Shown: in pieces, positions 13,820 through 27,337 of the stretch
How the letters are laid out: every line of letters starts with the position of its first letter
Numbering within the stretch: the stretch's first letter is position 1
NCBI RefSeq assembly: GCF_006345805.1
Contig: NC_043014.1
Coordinates: 22,568,001 to 22,632,000 of the forward strand
Source of the DNA: Octopus sinensis
Lineage: Eukaryota
Length of the DNA: 64,000 bases
Reading direction: 5' to 3'
Program-made: the position numbers and the translations under genes
Notes under the pieces: model-generated
What the model was told of the DNA's origin: nothing
Database searches by the model: none
Seen by the model: the letters and a program-made list of their open reading frames with translations, nothing else

Positions 13820-14900
13820 TTCATCATCATCATCATCATTCATTTAGCGTCCGTTTTCCATGCTAGCATGGGTTGGACGGTTCAACTGGGGTCTGGGGAG
13901 CCCGAAGGCTGCACCAGGCCAGTCAGATCTGGCAGTGTTTCTACAGCTGGATGCCCTTCCTAACGCCAACCACTCCGAGAGTGTAGTGGGTGATTTTATG
14001 TGCCACCGACACAGGTGCCAGACGAGGCTGGCAAACGGCCACGCTCGGATGGTGTTTTTTATGTGCCACCGACACAGGTGCCAGACGAGGCTGGCAGACG
14101 GCCACGCTCGGATGGTGTTTTTATGTGCCACCGACACAGGTGCCAGATGAGGCTGGCGAACGGCCACGATCGGATGGTGTTTGTTACGTGCCCACAGCAC
14201 GGAGGCCAGTCGATGCGGTACTGGCTATGGTCACGTTCGGATGGTTTTCTTGTGTGCCACCGGCACTGGTACCACAAAGATACAAATTCCATTGATGTTC
14301 ATCTATTTTGATTTGTTTTGATTTGATTTGATTTGATTTTCACTTGCCTCAACAGGTCTTCACAGGTCTTCACAAGTGTCACAAGAAGGAAGGCTGGTAT
14401 GCACGGCCACGCTCGGATGGTGTTTTTATGTGCCACTGACACAGGTGCCAGATGAGGCTGGCGAACGGCCACGATCGGATGGTGTTTGTTACATGCCCAC
14501 AGCACGGAGGCCAGTCAATGCGGTACTGGCTACGGCCACGTTCGGATGGTTTTTTTGTGTGCCACAAAGATACAAATTCCATTGATGTTCATCTATTTTG
14601 ATTTGTTTTGATTGATTTTCACTTGCCTCAACAGGTCTTCACAAGTGTCACAAGAAGGAAGGTATGCACAGGTGGACTGACTACGTCCCAGGTAGGGGCC
14701 ACGGGTTATGGCCTGACTAGTCTTGCCGGGTATTCAGATGGTGTTTTTATGTGCCACCGACACAGGTGCCAGATGAGGCTGGCGAACGGCCACGGTCGGA
14801 TGGTGTTTGTTACTTGCCCACAGCATGGAGGCCAGTGGATGCGGTACTGGCTACCGCCACGTTCGGATGGTTTTCTTGTGTGCCACCATCACTGGTACCA
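13820..14900 (-). repeat. RTE-3'UTR/SINE-tail-related element with internal ~61-bp tandem units
   Basis: Repeated ggatggtgtttttatgtgccaccgacacaggtgccagacgaggctggc..cggccacgctc; similar units in the 3' region of the RTE at 58690-58900; (CAT)n tail. Confidence 0.75.
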
Positions 14901-15179
14901 CGAACAATTAATAGAAGAAAATGTCCCAAACGCATCTTTAAATGTATATTGTTATAATTATTGTTTTATCGTACTGTTTTTCTTTTTCTTTTTTATCTAT
15001 TTTCATGCAAGTATGTTGATTAGCCCTCATCTACTTTTGTGCCTGGTTAGATGCAGCCAGTCAATATCAACTTTGGAGCAGAATGCTACATTCAGTGTGA
15101 GTAGCTTTTCTCAATTTTGGTCTAGCCTCTGTAACTCCTTTTTCCTCCAACTGATAATATCTGCACCATACCTGAGTGG

Positions 15180-16100
15180 ATAACTATCGGACAAACAGTA
15201 CTGTGTTTGAAGGATGCTTTAAAAGGAAATGCCGTGGATAATTACAGACCCATTTCATGCCTCCCATTAACATGGAAGCTGCTCATTGGAATAATCACTG
15301 ATGAAATGTATACATATCTCAAGGATAACAGAATTCTAGTGGTTGAGCAGAAGGGCTGTAAACAGAACTGCAGGGAAAATAAAGACTAGCAGCTAAGAGA
15401 TAAAATGGCAATGAAAGAAATTTAGCAATAACCTAGACAGATTACCACAAGGCCTATGACATGATACCACATCAATGGATCATTGCATATTTGAATATGC
15501 TTTGGATTGCAAAGAATGTCAAGAGTTTTTTGAGAAAAGGCATTTTAAATTAGAAGACTAAGCTCATATCTTAAGAACAGAACCTAGAAACAAAGAATCA
15601 AGAGAGGAATTTTTCCAAGAGACAGCAGGTTTCCTTTACTGTTTGTTTTATGTGTGATTCCTTTAACATTGCTACTGAGCAAAAGTAACATCTGGATATC
15701 AGTTTAAAGGAAAATGTTAACAGATCAACCAGCTATTAGTTACGAATGATGTCAAGCTGTATAGTAAAGAGGAAGCTCAAATCAGTTCTTTAGTGTACAC
15801 AATCTATTGCTTTAGAAAGGACATCAAACTGGAATTTCACTTAAAAATATATGGAGCAATATTCCTGATGAGAGGGAAAGTCAAAAGATTTGAAGGTACA
15901 GAATTACCACCAGGAGAAGTCAAGAGAAGTATTTGTAATACTGGGTACAAATACCTGGGCATATTAGATGTGAACAAAGTGATGGAAGAAGAAGAAATGG
16001 AGAAAAGCTAAAGTATCTCTGAAGAGATAGATTAATGTTGTAGTCATAACTGAAGAGAAAAAATAAATTTCAAGCAATCAATACATGGGTGATTGGATTA
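15180..16100 (+). pseudogene. Degenerate R4/Dong-like non-LTR RT fragment
   Basis: [32 protein letters not shown]-like segment, GIFQxDS-like segment, YKYLGILD. Confidence 0.7.
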
Positions 16101-16141
16101 TTGAAGTTTATTACAGATATTATTATGATTATTATTATTAA

Positions 16142-16710
16142 GGTGGTGAGTTGGCAGAATCATTAGCACAGTGGGCAAAATGTTTAGTGGCATTTTGTCT
16201 GTTCTTATTTTCTAAGTTCAAATTCCACCAAGATTGACTTTTCTTTCATCCTTAGGGATCAATGAAATAAAGTACTAATCTAGTATCGGTGTTGATGTAA
16301 TCAACTTATCCCCTCCCTACAAATTACTAGTTTTGTGCCAAAATTTGAAACCATTATATTATTATTATTATTATTATTATTGAGTGAGAGAGCAAAGTGA
16401 CACTGGGGTACAATGACATGAAGCCCAATATAACCATCATGACTACCTGTGTGATAAGGGTATTATCATTATTATTATTATTATTATTATTATTTGGGTG
16501 TGAGCTGGCATATTATTAGCCCACTGGACAAGATGTTTAGCAATATTTCATTTGTTTTTATGTTCTGAGTTTAAATTCTGCCAAGGCTGACTTTGCCTTT
16601 CATCTTTTCGGGTTTGATGAAATAAGTACCAGTCAGGTATTGGGGTTGATGTAATCAACTAGCCACTTTATCTCCAAATTTCAGCCCTTGTGCCCATAGT
16701 GCAAAAGATT
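16142..16710 (+). mobile_element. Two SINE copies (ggtgagctggcagaatc...aaataagtaccag family)
   Basis: Same ~200-bp unit recurs at ~20473-20612 (+) and ~38715-39415, ~40660-40810 (-); B-box-like gagttcaaattc. Confidence 0.75.
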
Positions 16711-17168
16711 GTTGTTGTGTAATGGGTGTGTAGTTAAGAAGTTAGCTTCCCAACAACATGGTTGCCAAGTCTAATCCATGCTAATATGGAAAAAGGGCTG
16801 TAAAAACAAAGGAATTAAAAACAAAAAAAAATTAATCACATGCTTCCATGTCAATCCCACTCACTAAGCAACAGCAGCTATAATCCGAAAAGAAGAACAA
16901 GTCAACATCATCGATAACCACTGAGCCGCAGGTTTTATGTCGGAGTTATCCCAGTTACCTGAGTTACCTTCTCCTAGAAGGATGCCCTAACAAAGGCTAG
17001 GAGTCTTTCACTCCTAATGGTTTAACCGTGCGATCGGGTATTCAGTCCGATTATTTCTATGTCCCTGCGCATACATATATATATACATATATATATATAT
17101 GTATATATACATATATGTATATATATATGTATATATACATACATATATATATATACATACATACATAC

Positions 17169-18013
17169 AGGCTAAATTTGACGAATTTTTAATGCCTCCT
17201 TTATTCAGGAGCTGCTTGATGTATTGGTGAACAGCCAATAGTGTTGTACAGCATAACAATTAAAGCTGTAGTTGAGAAAAAGTTAGCTGACATGGAGGAC
17301 TGGAAGTTATCTGAATATTAGAAAACAGTTACCTGTATCAAGATGATTCCTGCTGGGCAACAAAATACTGACATCATGACTGCTGCTCAGTGCTTTGAAA
17401 ACATTCTGAAGGTTGTGAGACAAGACATTGACAGCTGCAACAGAGACTATGAAACAGGAAGGAACAAAGCAAAAGTTCTGACTGCATCCACTTGCCAAAA
17501 TTCATTCAACAACTGATGAACAGGACCTTAGACTCAATTTAGATGGTTATGTGAAACTACAAGAGACTGTGGTGAAATCTGGCTGGAGAAGGTTGCTGCC
17601 GGAAGCTCATGTATGTTGCAGCTTCTTGCCATAACTTCAGAAAGAGTCAGAAGTGGTTGTTGGATAATTTGTATGACTTCACCAGCCCTTATTTCTGGCC
17701 TCCTAATTCCCACAATTGTAATCTATGTGGGGCACAGTTGAGAAAGACACCAACCACTCTACTTGCAACACCAAGGTCGAGTTGGTGGCCAAGATCAAGA
17801 AGGAGTTTAGAGATCTTCCCAGGAACACAGTAAGGAATGCATGTTCCAGGTTCTGGAGCTGTCTTGATGCTGTGGTGGAAGCTGAGAGTGGCTACTTCAC
17901 ATAAACTGTTATCTTCTAACCATAATCTAGTTGATTTATTTTGATTTTTGGCATGAATATTGTATTTTATTTTCCTTTTGATGCAAACATTCAAATTAAG
18001 CCAGAACACCCTG
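17169..18013 (+). mobile_element. Degenerate Tc1/mariner (maT-like) element
   Basis: FWPPNS motif in ORF 17609-17833; terminus aagccagaacaccctgt; homologous to 36020-36805. Confidence 0.7.
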
Positions 18014-18642
18014 TGCACACATGCACACACATGCATGCATGCACACACATGCATGCATGCACACACACACGTACACACACGCACCCCCACACACATACAC
18101 ATGCATAATGGCAATTTCTGCATGCTTGAACACCCTCAAGTGGCTATGTAAACCAATCCTTGATACTGCAAGCCTTCTCTTTCAGCTTGCAGTTTGTAAT
18201 TTATAAAGGGAGAGTCAGTCTGTGCAACCTGATCCCTCTCTTTAGACTTGAAGGTCTGATCATAAGGGCTCAGCAAGCTGAAATGGCTATGCTGACCAGC
18301 AAGCAGTAGTGACCTTATAAGGTTGGAGAGCTCCACCTAACCTGGAGTTGCTGGAAGAGTGTCAATGAGGGCACTGAACCAGTTGGGGGACTCCACTTCT
18401 TGATTTGCTATCAAGGTTGATCCCGCTAGCCTTTTCCTTTCCCCTGGCACTCACAAGGCAGTGAGGGTTTGTACTTGGAGTTTCTTCCATATCATGCTAA
18501 TTTAACCTCTAGCTGGGACTTTGACAGGTGCTACTGTTCCAGGTCAGAGTAGATCTGGAAATAATAGGGGCTAAAAAGTGGTTCCACATTCCGAAAAACC
18601 CTGAAACTCCCACATAAGTTGCAGGTTAAAGTCATGTCTCGG

Positions 18643-18701
<59 letters not shown>

Positions 18702-18722
18702 ATGTGTATGTATACATATATA

Positions 18723-18762
<40 letters not shown>

Positions 18763-18835
18763 CCGGAGTAAACACATAAATGTGAAACAAGGTGGAAAAA
18801 AGAGTACTCAAATACCAGTGGTAGAGTAATATGCT

Positions 18836-18981
18836 TTATTTAAAGCAGCAGAAAATTCAACAAAATCTGTTACTCTGAGTTTCTCGTTGCCGTTCATCAG
18901 CTAGCAAAAACTGTCTGATGAATGGCAACGAGAAACTCAGAGTAACAGATTTTGTTGAATTTTCTGCTGCTTTAAATAAAG
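18836..18981. repeat. Fold-back palindrome (~65-bp arms) between (TA)n tracts
   Basis: tttatttaaagcagcagaaaattcaacaaaatctgttactctgagtttctcgttgccgttcatcag and its reverse complement with one mismatch. Confidence 0.95.
18905..18954 (+). ncRNA. Minimal type-I hammerhead ribozyme
   Basis: caaaaactgt-CTGATGA-a yg gcaa cg a-GAAA-ctcagag-TA-acagattttg: canonical core, palindromic ACTC-A-GAGT helix III, GUA site, ~9-bp helix I. Confidence 0.75.
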
Positions 18982-19326
18982 TATATATATATATATATAT
19001 TAAGGTTAATGAAATTGTCTTGCCCCTTCTATAAAATTTCAGGACTATTATTATTGTCAATCTACTTCATTTTGGTTAATATATAAAGGATTGAAGTAAC
19101 TCCTCCAGAAGATATAGAGTCAAAATTAAAAGAAGAATACCATTGTCATCTAGTGAATGATATTTCAATCCTTTCTATATTAACCAAAATGAAGTAGATT
19201 GACAAAATTATTTTTTGAACTTGTTGAAGACACACAAGATGTTGAAATATCGTTCACTAGATAACGATGGCACTCTTATTTTAATTTTGACTATATTTTC
19301 TGGAGGAGTTACCTCAATCCTTTATA

Positions 19327-19357
<31 letters not shown>

Positions 19358-19910
19358 GAGTGAGAGAGCAGTGCATGCCATCAAAGTGACACTGGGGTAA
19401 AATATATGAAGCCCAGTATACCCATCATGACTACCCGTCTGTTAAGGGTACGCCAGGCACATGCATCACAGCTATATGTGCACGACATGGTGATCTCATA
19501 TCAAGACAAACAGCACATGACCTCGCAGGTGGGGCCCAGTTAGAATTTTCTTCTGGCCGAGTAACCCATCCCACTCAAAAGGTCCTTGAATAAGGGTTGT
19601 TTAAGGATGTTGAATGAAACACCCATGTTTCCAGAGGTGAATTATTCAAGCCCCAAAGAATCCCTCTCAACACATGGCTATGATGCTCCCCCACTACTTC
19701 TGCTCATGATCAGAGATGCACATATCATCAGCCACTAAGGGACATGCTCAACTGGTTAAAGTCAAACAACTGACAAGCAAATCTGTGGTATGGAGCAGAA
19801 TATTTGCTGTAGCCCATCTTTTATACCAAGACAAAACAATGTACATGATAACACTTCCAATCAGTTAAGATCAGAAGCCATGAGAGCCACTGCCTGGTAC
19901 TGCATCAGGG
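19358..19910 (-). mobile_element. ~550-bp dispersed repeat (SINE-like) with (AAT)n tail
   Basis: Second copy at ~21565-22083 and partial copy at 16382-16462. Confidence 0.75.
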
Positions 19911-19942
19911 TATTCCTCCCCCTCTCCTCCTCCCTCCTCCTC

Positions 19943-19998
<56 letters not shown>

Positions 19999-20021
19999 AA
20001 TGATGAAGATGATGATGATGA

Positions 20022-20066
<45 letters not shown>

Positions 20067-20649
20067 TAATAATTTACCTTTAGAAGTTGAAATATGTTAC
20101 AAACATATTTTAACTAACCTAAAGTTCATTTATTCCTGTGTGGTGCTGATACAGCTGTTTTTATTCCAACCAGGCAGTCTAACAGCACAACTCAATCACT
20201 ATTGGTGATTGTTTTTAGATAAAGCTATAGCTTTAAATCTTCCCAGAGTTACTTTTCTTCAGTATTTCCCACCAAGGAAGGCTAAAGAGCCAGAAACGTC
20301 ATATCTGAGAATCTGATAGTGGGAACCACTGGACAGATATAGTGTTTTTCACCTTTGAGCATAAGAGAGAATTTTTCTTCATGGTAAATACAGTGAATTT
20401 GCCTTTAGAAGTTGCAATATGTCACAAACATATTTTAACAAGCCTAAAGTTTGATCACTGTCATTATTATTAAGGCAGTGAGCTGGCAGAATTGTTAGCA
20501 TGCCAGATAAAATGCTTAGTGGCATTTCTTCTGGCTTTATGATCTAAAATCAAATTCTGCCGAGATCAATTTTGCCATTCATCATTTCAGGGTCGATAAA
20601 ATAAAGTATCAGTCAAATACTAATAAATAATGGAAGTCTGTCGGGGTTC

Positions 20650-21450
20650 GACAATGACACTCGTGACGCCGGAGGTGTGAGCGAAATCCAAAGGCGGACG
20701 TGCAGACACGGCCACATGTTGGGCATGTAACAGCAGAAGTAGGGTTGGGGATCCTCTCTTTTCGGGCTAGTCGTTTCTGGTCCAGGCTCTTGAGGTACTT
20801 TTCCTTGAACAGCTTAACATCCTTTTGGACAGCTGGACACCAGGTGCTGTGGCCAAAGGCAAGCAATTCCCAGCCACGAGCTGAAATGCCACAGCCCTCA
20901 AAGGAAGTTTTCAGGCTGTCCTTGTATTGCCTCAGTGGCCTTCCAGGATTTCTTGCTCCAGAAGCCAGCTTAGAGAAGATCATCTTTGGTAGACGCTCAT
21001 CATCCATTTGGACTACATGTTCGACCCACCCGAGCTGGGCCTTTATGACGAGGGCCTTCAATCCCAGGCATTTCGGCTCTGTGAAGCACCTCAGTGTTGG
21101 AGGCTCTGTCCTCCCAGGAAATTCCCATGATTCGTCGCAAGTAGCAGAAGTGGAACTGGTCAAGTACTCGCATTTGCCTCCTATACAGCATCCACATCCC
21201 ACAGTCATAGATCAGAGAGGTGATGACGACTGACTTATATACTATCAGCTTGGTGGAAAGTCTGATGCCTCATTCGGCCCACACATGTGTCCAAAGTCTG
21301 CCAAACAAAGCTCCTGCTTTTGCAAACATCATAGTGACATCTTTGTCCATGCTGCAGTTTGAGGACAGGCAGCTTCCCAGATATGTAATGCTCTCCACCT
21401 TGTTCAGAGTTGTACCGTCAATCTCAATCTGAGGCTCAGGAGGTGTTAGG
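20650..21450 (-). pseudogene. RTE-clade LINE 3' fragment
   Basis: TYLGSCLS, LRRIMGISWEDR.SNTEVL, QLGWVEHVVQMDDERLPK, terminal C2H2 CPTCGRVC..FRSHLRRH. Confidence 0.88.
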
Positions 21451-21529
21451 CCAGTCAAGCACTAGGGTCAATGTAATTGACTTACCTCATTCCCACAGAA
21501 TTTCAGGCCTTGTGCCTATTGAAGAAGGG

Positions 21530-21564
<35 letters not shown>

Positions 21565-22098
21565 TGAATGAGAGAACAGTGCATGCCATCAAAGTGAGAC
21601 TGGGGTAAAATATGTAAAGCCTAGTATACCCATCATGACTGATTAGGGTACACCAGGCACATGCATCACATGCATATGTTCGCAGCATGGTGATCTCATA
21701 TCAAGATAAACAGTGCATGACCTTGCAGGTGGAACCCGTTAGAATTTTCTTTAGGTCGAGTAACCCATTCCACTCCAAAGGTCTCTGGATAAGGTTGTTT
21801 AAGGATGTTGAACCCATGTTTCCAGAGGTGAATTATTCAAATCTCAAAGAATTCCTCTTGACACATTGCTATCATACTCCCCCACTACTTCTGCTTATGA
21901 TCAGAGATGCGCATATTTTCAGCCACCATGGGACATGCTCAACTGGTTAAGGTCAAACAACTGACAAGCAAATCTGTAGTATTGTGCAGAATATTTGCAA
22001 GACAAAACAATGTACATGATAACACTTCCAATCAGTTAAGATCAGAAGTCATGAGAGCCACTGCCTGGTATTGCATCAGGGCACTTATTATTATTATT

Positions 22099-23963
22099 TG
22101 TGGTGTTATGAGCCAGGCTGTGTTGTACGGAAGGATCAGAAGTGAGGGAGTAGACATGTTCTGTCGGAAGTGTCCCCGGTGGGTCCCACAGGAAGTACTG
22201 CAGTGGGCATGTGGCATCAGTGCAGTGCAAGGGGTCAGTTGATGGTGGACAGTGCATCGGAGCAGATGTGTGAGACTGTACAGTGATGGATAGCACACGA
22301 GGATGTGGAGTGAACCTTGCAGATCAAGACAGCATGTGGACATTAAAGTGACCCTTTTTCTGGACTTGCAGGTAGGACTACCGTAACTCTCTCTTCACTT
22401 TCGTCTTTTACTTCCTTTACATCACAAGCTATTTCAGCAGGTAGTCTCGTCCGAGTCGAGGGCAGCCCTGAGTGGTTTCATGGTCTTTTGAACTCTCTCC
22501 CCAAAGTTCTTTACAACTTTCCCTTGCGGTACTTGTTGGTTATTGGACTTGTCCCCGTATTTAGCCTTGGAGTAAGGAGTGGCTGTGGTGTGTCGACTGA
22601 GTGACTTGGAGCTGAGGAGATTGCATACCATGCATTACATGGGGGTGGACAGGACCCCGTTCCTAGCCAGGAAAGTTGACTCTTACATGATCCGGCAGAG
22701 TGTGCAAAGAGTAGTTGGGAGCTGCGACAGATGCCAGTCCACTGACCCCACTCTGAGTGTGCATGAGGCAGGAAGCATTCCAGTGGAACACAATTGGAAA
22801 TGACTGGTAGTGGACATGATGCACTACCGGCAGGGAACATACCTCTTGATGGTCAGCTGTGGACTGGGATGGTTGGCCATATGGAGGGAGATGAAGACAG
22901 GGATCGCGGAAGAAATTACAAGAATATTGATTGAGATATTCCTAGAATGAGGACCCGTGGATGAGCTGCTTATAGACAATGGCACTGTGTTTCACTCGGA
23001 GGTGTTGGGGAAATTCTCGACAAGTGGCATGTCAGCCATTTCTTCAGGGTGGCATACCAGCCAAGTGGCAATGGGGTTGTGGAGAGGTGTTATTGTACCA
23101 TCAAGATCATAGCAGAGAGGGGCCACATCTCACCAGTTGAGGCTGTTTTTTGGTATATGTCACCCAGGATGGGACAAGCTGAAGAGTCAGTGCCACACAC
23201 GGCAATATTCAAGTACAAGCAGAGACATCTGTGTACTGCATTGCCGCATCTCACAGAAGAGAAAGAGCATGCCTTTGTGCAGGTCAGAGAAGAAGTCTAG
23301 GTTAAACCTCCAAATGTGTGGTGCACATGTCAGTGGGGAAAGGGGACAATAATCTCTGTGAATTCAAGGAACAATGTGTTGGTAGATGGCATGCCATAAC
23401 ATGTTTTGGATGTGCACAGAATCAACACTGACGGAGGATGGGGCCAACAGTAATGGACAAGGGGATGAAGCTGGTGGCAACATGCCAGGAACTGAGACCA
23501 GTCCTGAAGTCACAGAGGGAGCAGTGCCCTTCTCACTGGTTGGCTGATTATGAGACAAGTTAAGGCTTGTGGTTGGGGTTGAGAAGAGGGTGTGGGCAGG
23601 TTGGTTGAATGATCTTCAGATCAGGGGTGTGTGTGTGGTGTTATGAGCCAGGCTGTGTTGTAGGGAAGGATTGGAAGTGAGGGAGTAGGCATGCCCTGTC
23701 AGAAGTGGGGTCAGTGGGCCCCACTGGAAGTGCTGTGGTGGGCACGCAGCATCAGTGAAGTGCGAGGAATCAGTTGGCAGTGGATAGCACATCAGAGCAG
23801 ATGTTTGAGAGTGTACAGCAACAGATAAGCGCACATGGACATGGAGTGAACCTTGCAGATCGAGACAGCATGTGAACATTGAAAGTGACCCTTTTTCTGG
23901 ACTTACAGGTAAGACTACCATAATTCTCTCTTCACTTCCATCTTTTTCTTCCTTTACATCACA
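22099..23963 (+). mobile_element. Internally deleted Ty3/Gypsy LTR element with integrase remnant
   Basis: LTRs 22099-22426 and 23634-23963 (TG...CA, diverged), ttatt on both flanks, HHCC-like LHTMHYMG..SCDRCQ, GNGVVER, purine-rich tract before 3' LTR. Confidence 0.9.
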
Positions 23964-24548
23964 TTATTATTACCCACAATGAGGCTTTATAATATTGAAA
24001 TTATTTCCGTTCTGATTCATACTGTGCTGTGTGTAAGTAAATATTGTTCAATTAATAACAAGCGATCAAAAGCTTAAAAATGCAAACTAGATTATCTATC
24101 ACAGTGCTAACCTAACTCATGATTGTTTTATGAGCAGCTGATCTATCCAATTGAATGGTGAAAGATTCTTTGTGTCCCTTCTGACGTGCATTCAACAAAC
24201 TGGAAAATGATTTGACAGGAGACTTACATTTTTTCTGCACATGATTAATATAGAAAAAATCTGTTTACATTCTTATTTAACCCCTTATGAGGCTATTAAA
24301 TTCTTCTAATTTACAGTGTGTTGTGCATATGTATGTATGCATGTATGCATACGAAAAGATGTGTGTGTGTGTGTGTGTATATTCTTTTACTGTCTTTTAG
24401 TCAACAGACTATGTTATGCTGGGACACTCACACGTAGTGTCTTAGTGAATCACGTCAATCCTAGTACTTAGTCTGGTTATTATATCGATCTCTAACAAAT
24501 GCCTCTGCTACTTGTTTTTTTACATAATGAAAATAAATTGATAAACTA

Positions 24549-25828
24549 GAAGGGGAAGTCAAAAATTATCTGTACTTTTGCCATATATCTTTATTATTGT
24601 CACACTGCTTTCTGTACATGCATGTTTATAGTTGGTACTATTGTGGTCATATGATCGCACCCTAACCCATTTTTCTTTCTGGTCTTTCTGTGTAAGCATG
24701 GCCACTCCACTAGCAATGTGAACCAAAGAAGATCAAAGAGCAGTGATCCAATTTCTCTGGTTGGAAGGTATGTCAGGTGCTGAAATTCATTGGAAGCTTT
24801 TAGCACAATATGGGGACAGTGCACTACCACATAGAAGTGTGTATGAGTAAATCGAGAAGTTTAAAAGTGGCTGGACAAGCATGATGCACAAAGAGGGAGA
24901 AGGACGTCTGTCAACCTTCACTACTGATGAGAAGATTCAGCAAACTTGAAAGATGTTAATGGTGAGCTGGTGAGTTATCATTGATGAGTTATCATCTGCA
25001 GATTAGTCATGGTTCTGCCTATCAAATCAACTACAATGAGCTCAGATTCCATAAAGTGCAAGATGGATGCTAAGAAATCTTTCTGCAGAGCACAAGTGCA
25101 AACATCTTCAGGTCTGCCAACATTTATTTAATCACTAAAACGAGGGTAAGCAATTTTTGAGCAGAATAGTCACAGGAGATGAAACGTGGGTCCATCATTA
25201 TGAGGCAGAATCCAAAAAACAAAGTATGGTGTGAAAACATTCTGGCTTATGAGCAACAAAGAAATTCAAAACTCTGTCTTCCACAGGAAAAGTGATATGA
25301 ACCCTTTTTTGGAATTCAAAAGGGCTTATACTCAAAGACTACCTGGAAAAGGGGTGTACAATCAACAGTACAAGACACACTGCTTTGCTTGCCAACAAAC
25401 TGAATCCAGCAATTTGCACCAAATGCCAAAGCCTGTTGTTGAAGAGAGTTTTGTTGCTGCATGACAATGCACACACACACATGGCTGCCCAAACTGTTGA
25501 AATCATTAACCAATTGGGTTTTGAGTTGTTGGAACACTCTGCCTACAGCCAAGATCAGGCTTCTTCCAACTATCATATCTTTGGACCGCTCAAAGATAGT
25601 TTATAAGGTCATCGATTTCCTATGGATGAAGATGTGAAGGAAGTGGTGCATAAATGGTTGCACAACCAACCGTAAACCTTCTTCTTGGAAGGGATATGCA
25701 AACTTGTGGACCACTGGACCAAGTGCAGGAAGGAGACTATATAGAAAAATGACATACTTGTTTATCCCTTGCTTTTGTGTAAATACTTTGAAAAAACAAG
25801 AGTGTGTATAATTTTTGACTCTCCCTCG
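24549..25828 (+). mobile_element. Full-length degenerate mariner transposon
   Basis: TA flanks, TIRs gaaggggaagtcaaaaattat / ataatttttgactctccctcg, IVTGDETWVHHY, LLHDNA, decayed YSPDLAP (YSQDQASSNYHIFGPLK); ~1.28 kb. Confidence 0.92.
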
Positions 25829-26616
25829 TAGTTTACATTGGTGTACACAAAAAGAGACATTCACTGAAATACATGTGTGCTTTCACGCAGTTTCCATTCA
25901 CCAAATATCACTTGCAAAGCAAGTTTTGTTGTTGCATGATATTTGCCTGTGATGCTGCAGTTGTAGTTTTAAACATAGACAACATGGTTGCAAAATGAAC
26001 TTCTTAAACCATATTTCTATGTTTATGAATATATGTGCAAAGCCTATGTCTTTCTTCTAGAAGGAATAACAATAAGAGAATGTGAGAAGGAAGCAGATGA
26101 AATATTGGCCCAGTAATGGGCTGGTACATTCTTTATTTACTCAACAAAAATGAGAGGATGAAATGTATTTGACTGTATCATCCAAGACAGCTATAGAAAA
26201 AGACACTTGCCCAAGATGCCATACAGTTAGTTTGAACTTAGGACTATATGATGGTGAAACATTCTTCTGAAACAACTGGCCATGCTGCATCTTACACATG
26301 TATGTGTGTATGTATTTAAGTATATAATCATATATACATATGCATTGGAGAATTTTATTTTTGTGTAGTTATTTATTTGAAGTGTGCGCGCGCGCGCGTG
26401 TGTGTGTGTGTGTGTGTGTGGTGTGTGTGTGTGTGAGTTAGGGTGCATTGGGGCTTCTTAAATGAATTTTCTTGAAAAGTTTCTGAATAAATAATTGAAT
26501 TTGTAAAATACCAAATATACTTATACTCTATATGTGTATGTATACACACACACACACACATATATATATATTTGATAGCTAAACATAGATATATATACAT
26601 ATACGGATATATTTAT

Positions 26617-26667
<51 letters not shown>

Positions 26668-27085
26668 AATATATATATGAGAGGGAGGGGAAAGAGAGGA
26701 GAGAGAAGAATGTGAAAAGGAAAAATATGGGGAGAGAGAGAGGAGAGAGAAGGGGAGGGGAAAGAACCCATAGATGTGAAATATTATCTGAGATTTTGAG
26801 AAGTAATTAGTGTAAATAGAAATCTGATGAAAATGAGGTTGGAGCAATATTGGGTGTTATGCACTGGAATATAATGTGTGGATGTATGTATGAATATAAG
26901 CACACACACACACGCGCGCGCACACACACACACACGCGCGCGCACACACACACACGCACGCGCGTGCACACACACACACACACACACCCAGTTGCCACCA
27001 ATATGACCTGTTCTACTTAAAGGAATGATCAAGCTGCTCTGGGTGTGTGTCATGTTATGTGTGTGTACAGCTGTGAATATGAGAA

Positions 27086-27116
<31 letters not shown>

Positions 27117-27257
27117 ATGTGTGTAAAAGTGATGGAATGTATGGGATAAAAATGAGGTGTGAGAGAGAGGGAGAAATAGGGAGGAGCTGTAAAATTGCTC
27201 AGTAACCCCATAACGCTGTACCTGCTTCTAATTAAGGTCACTTCTTTATGGACACTT

Positions 27258-27292
<35 letters not shown>

Positions 27293-27296
27293 ACTG

Positions 27297-27337
<41 letters not shown>

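Noticed and set aside
13988-14900. CRISPR-like regularly spaced repeats
   Set aside because: Contiguous tandem units without unique spacers, eukaryotic retroelement context, no cas genes.
15860-15890. CTGATGA-gagg-GAAA motif
   Set aside because: Lies within RT coding remnant and lacks flanking helices; chance match.
19790-20083. Poly-Met/poly-Ile ORF
   Set aside because: (ATG)n and (ATA)n microsatellites adjoining a dispersed repeat.
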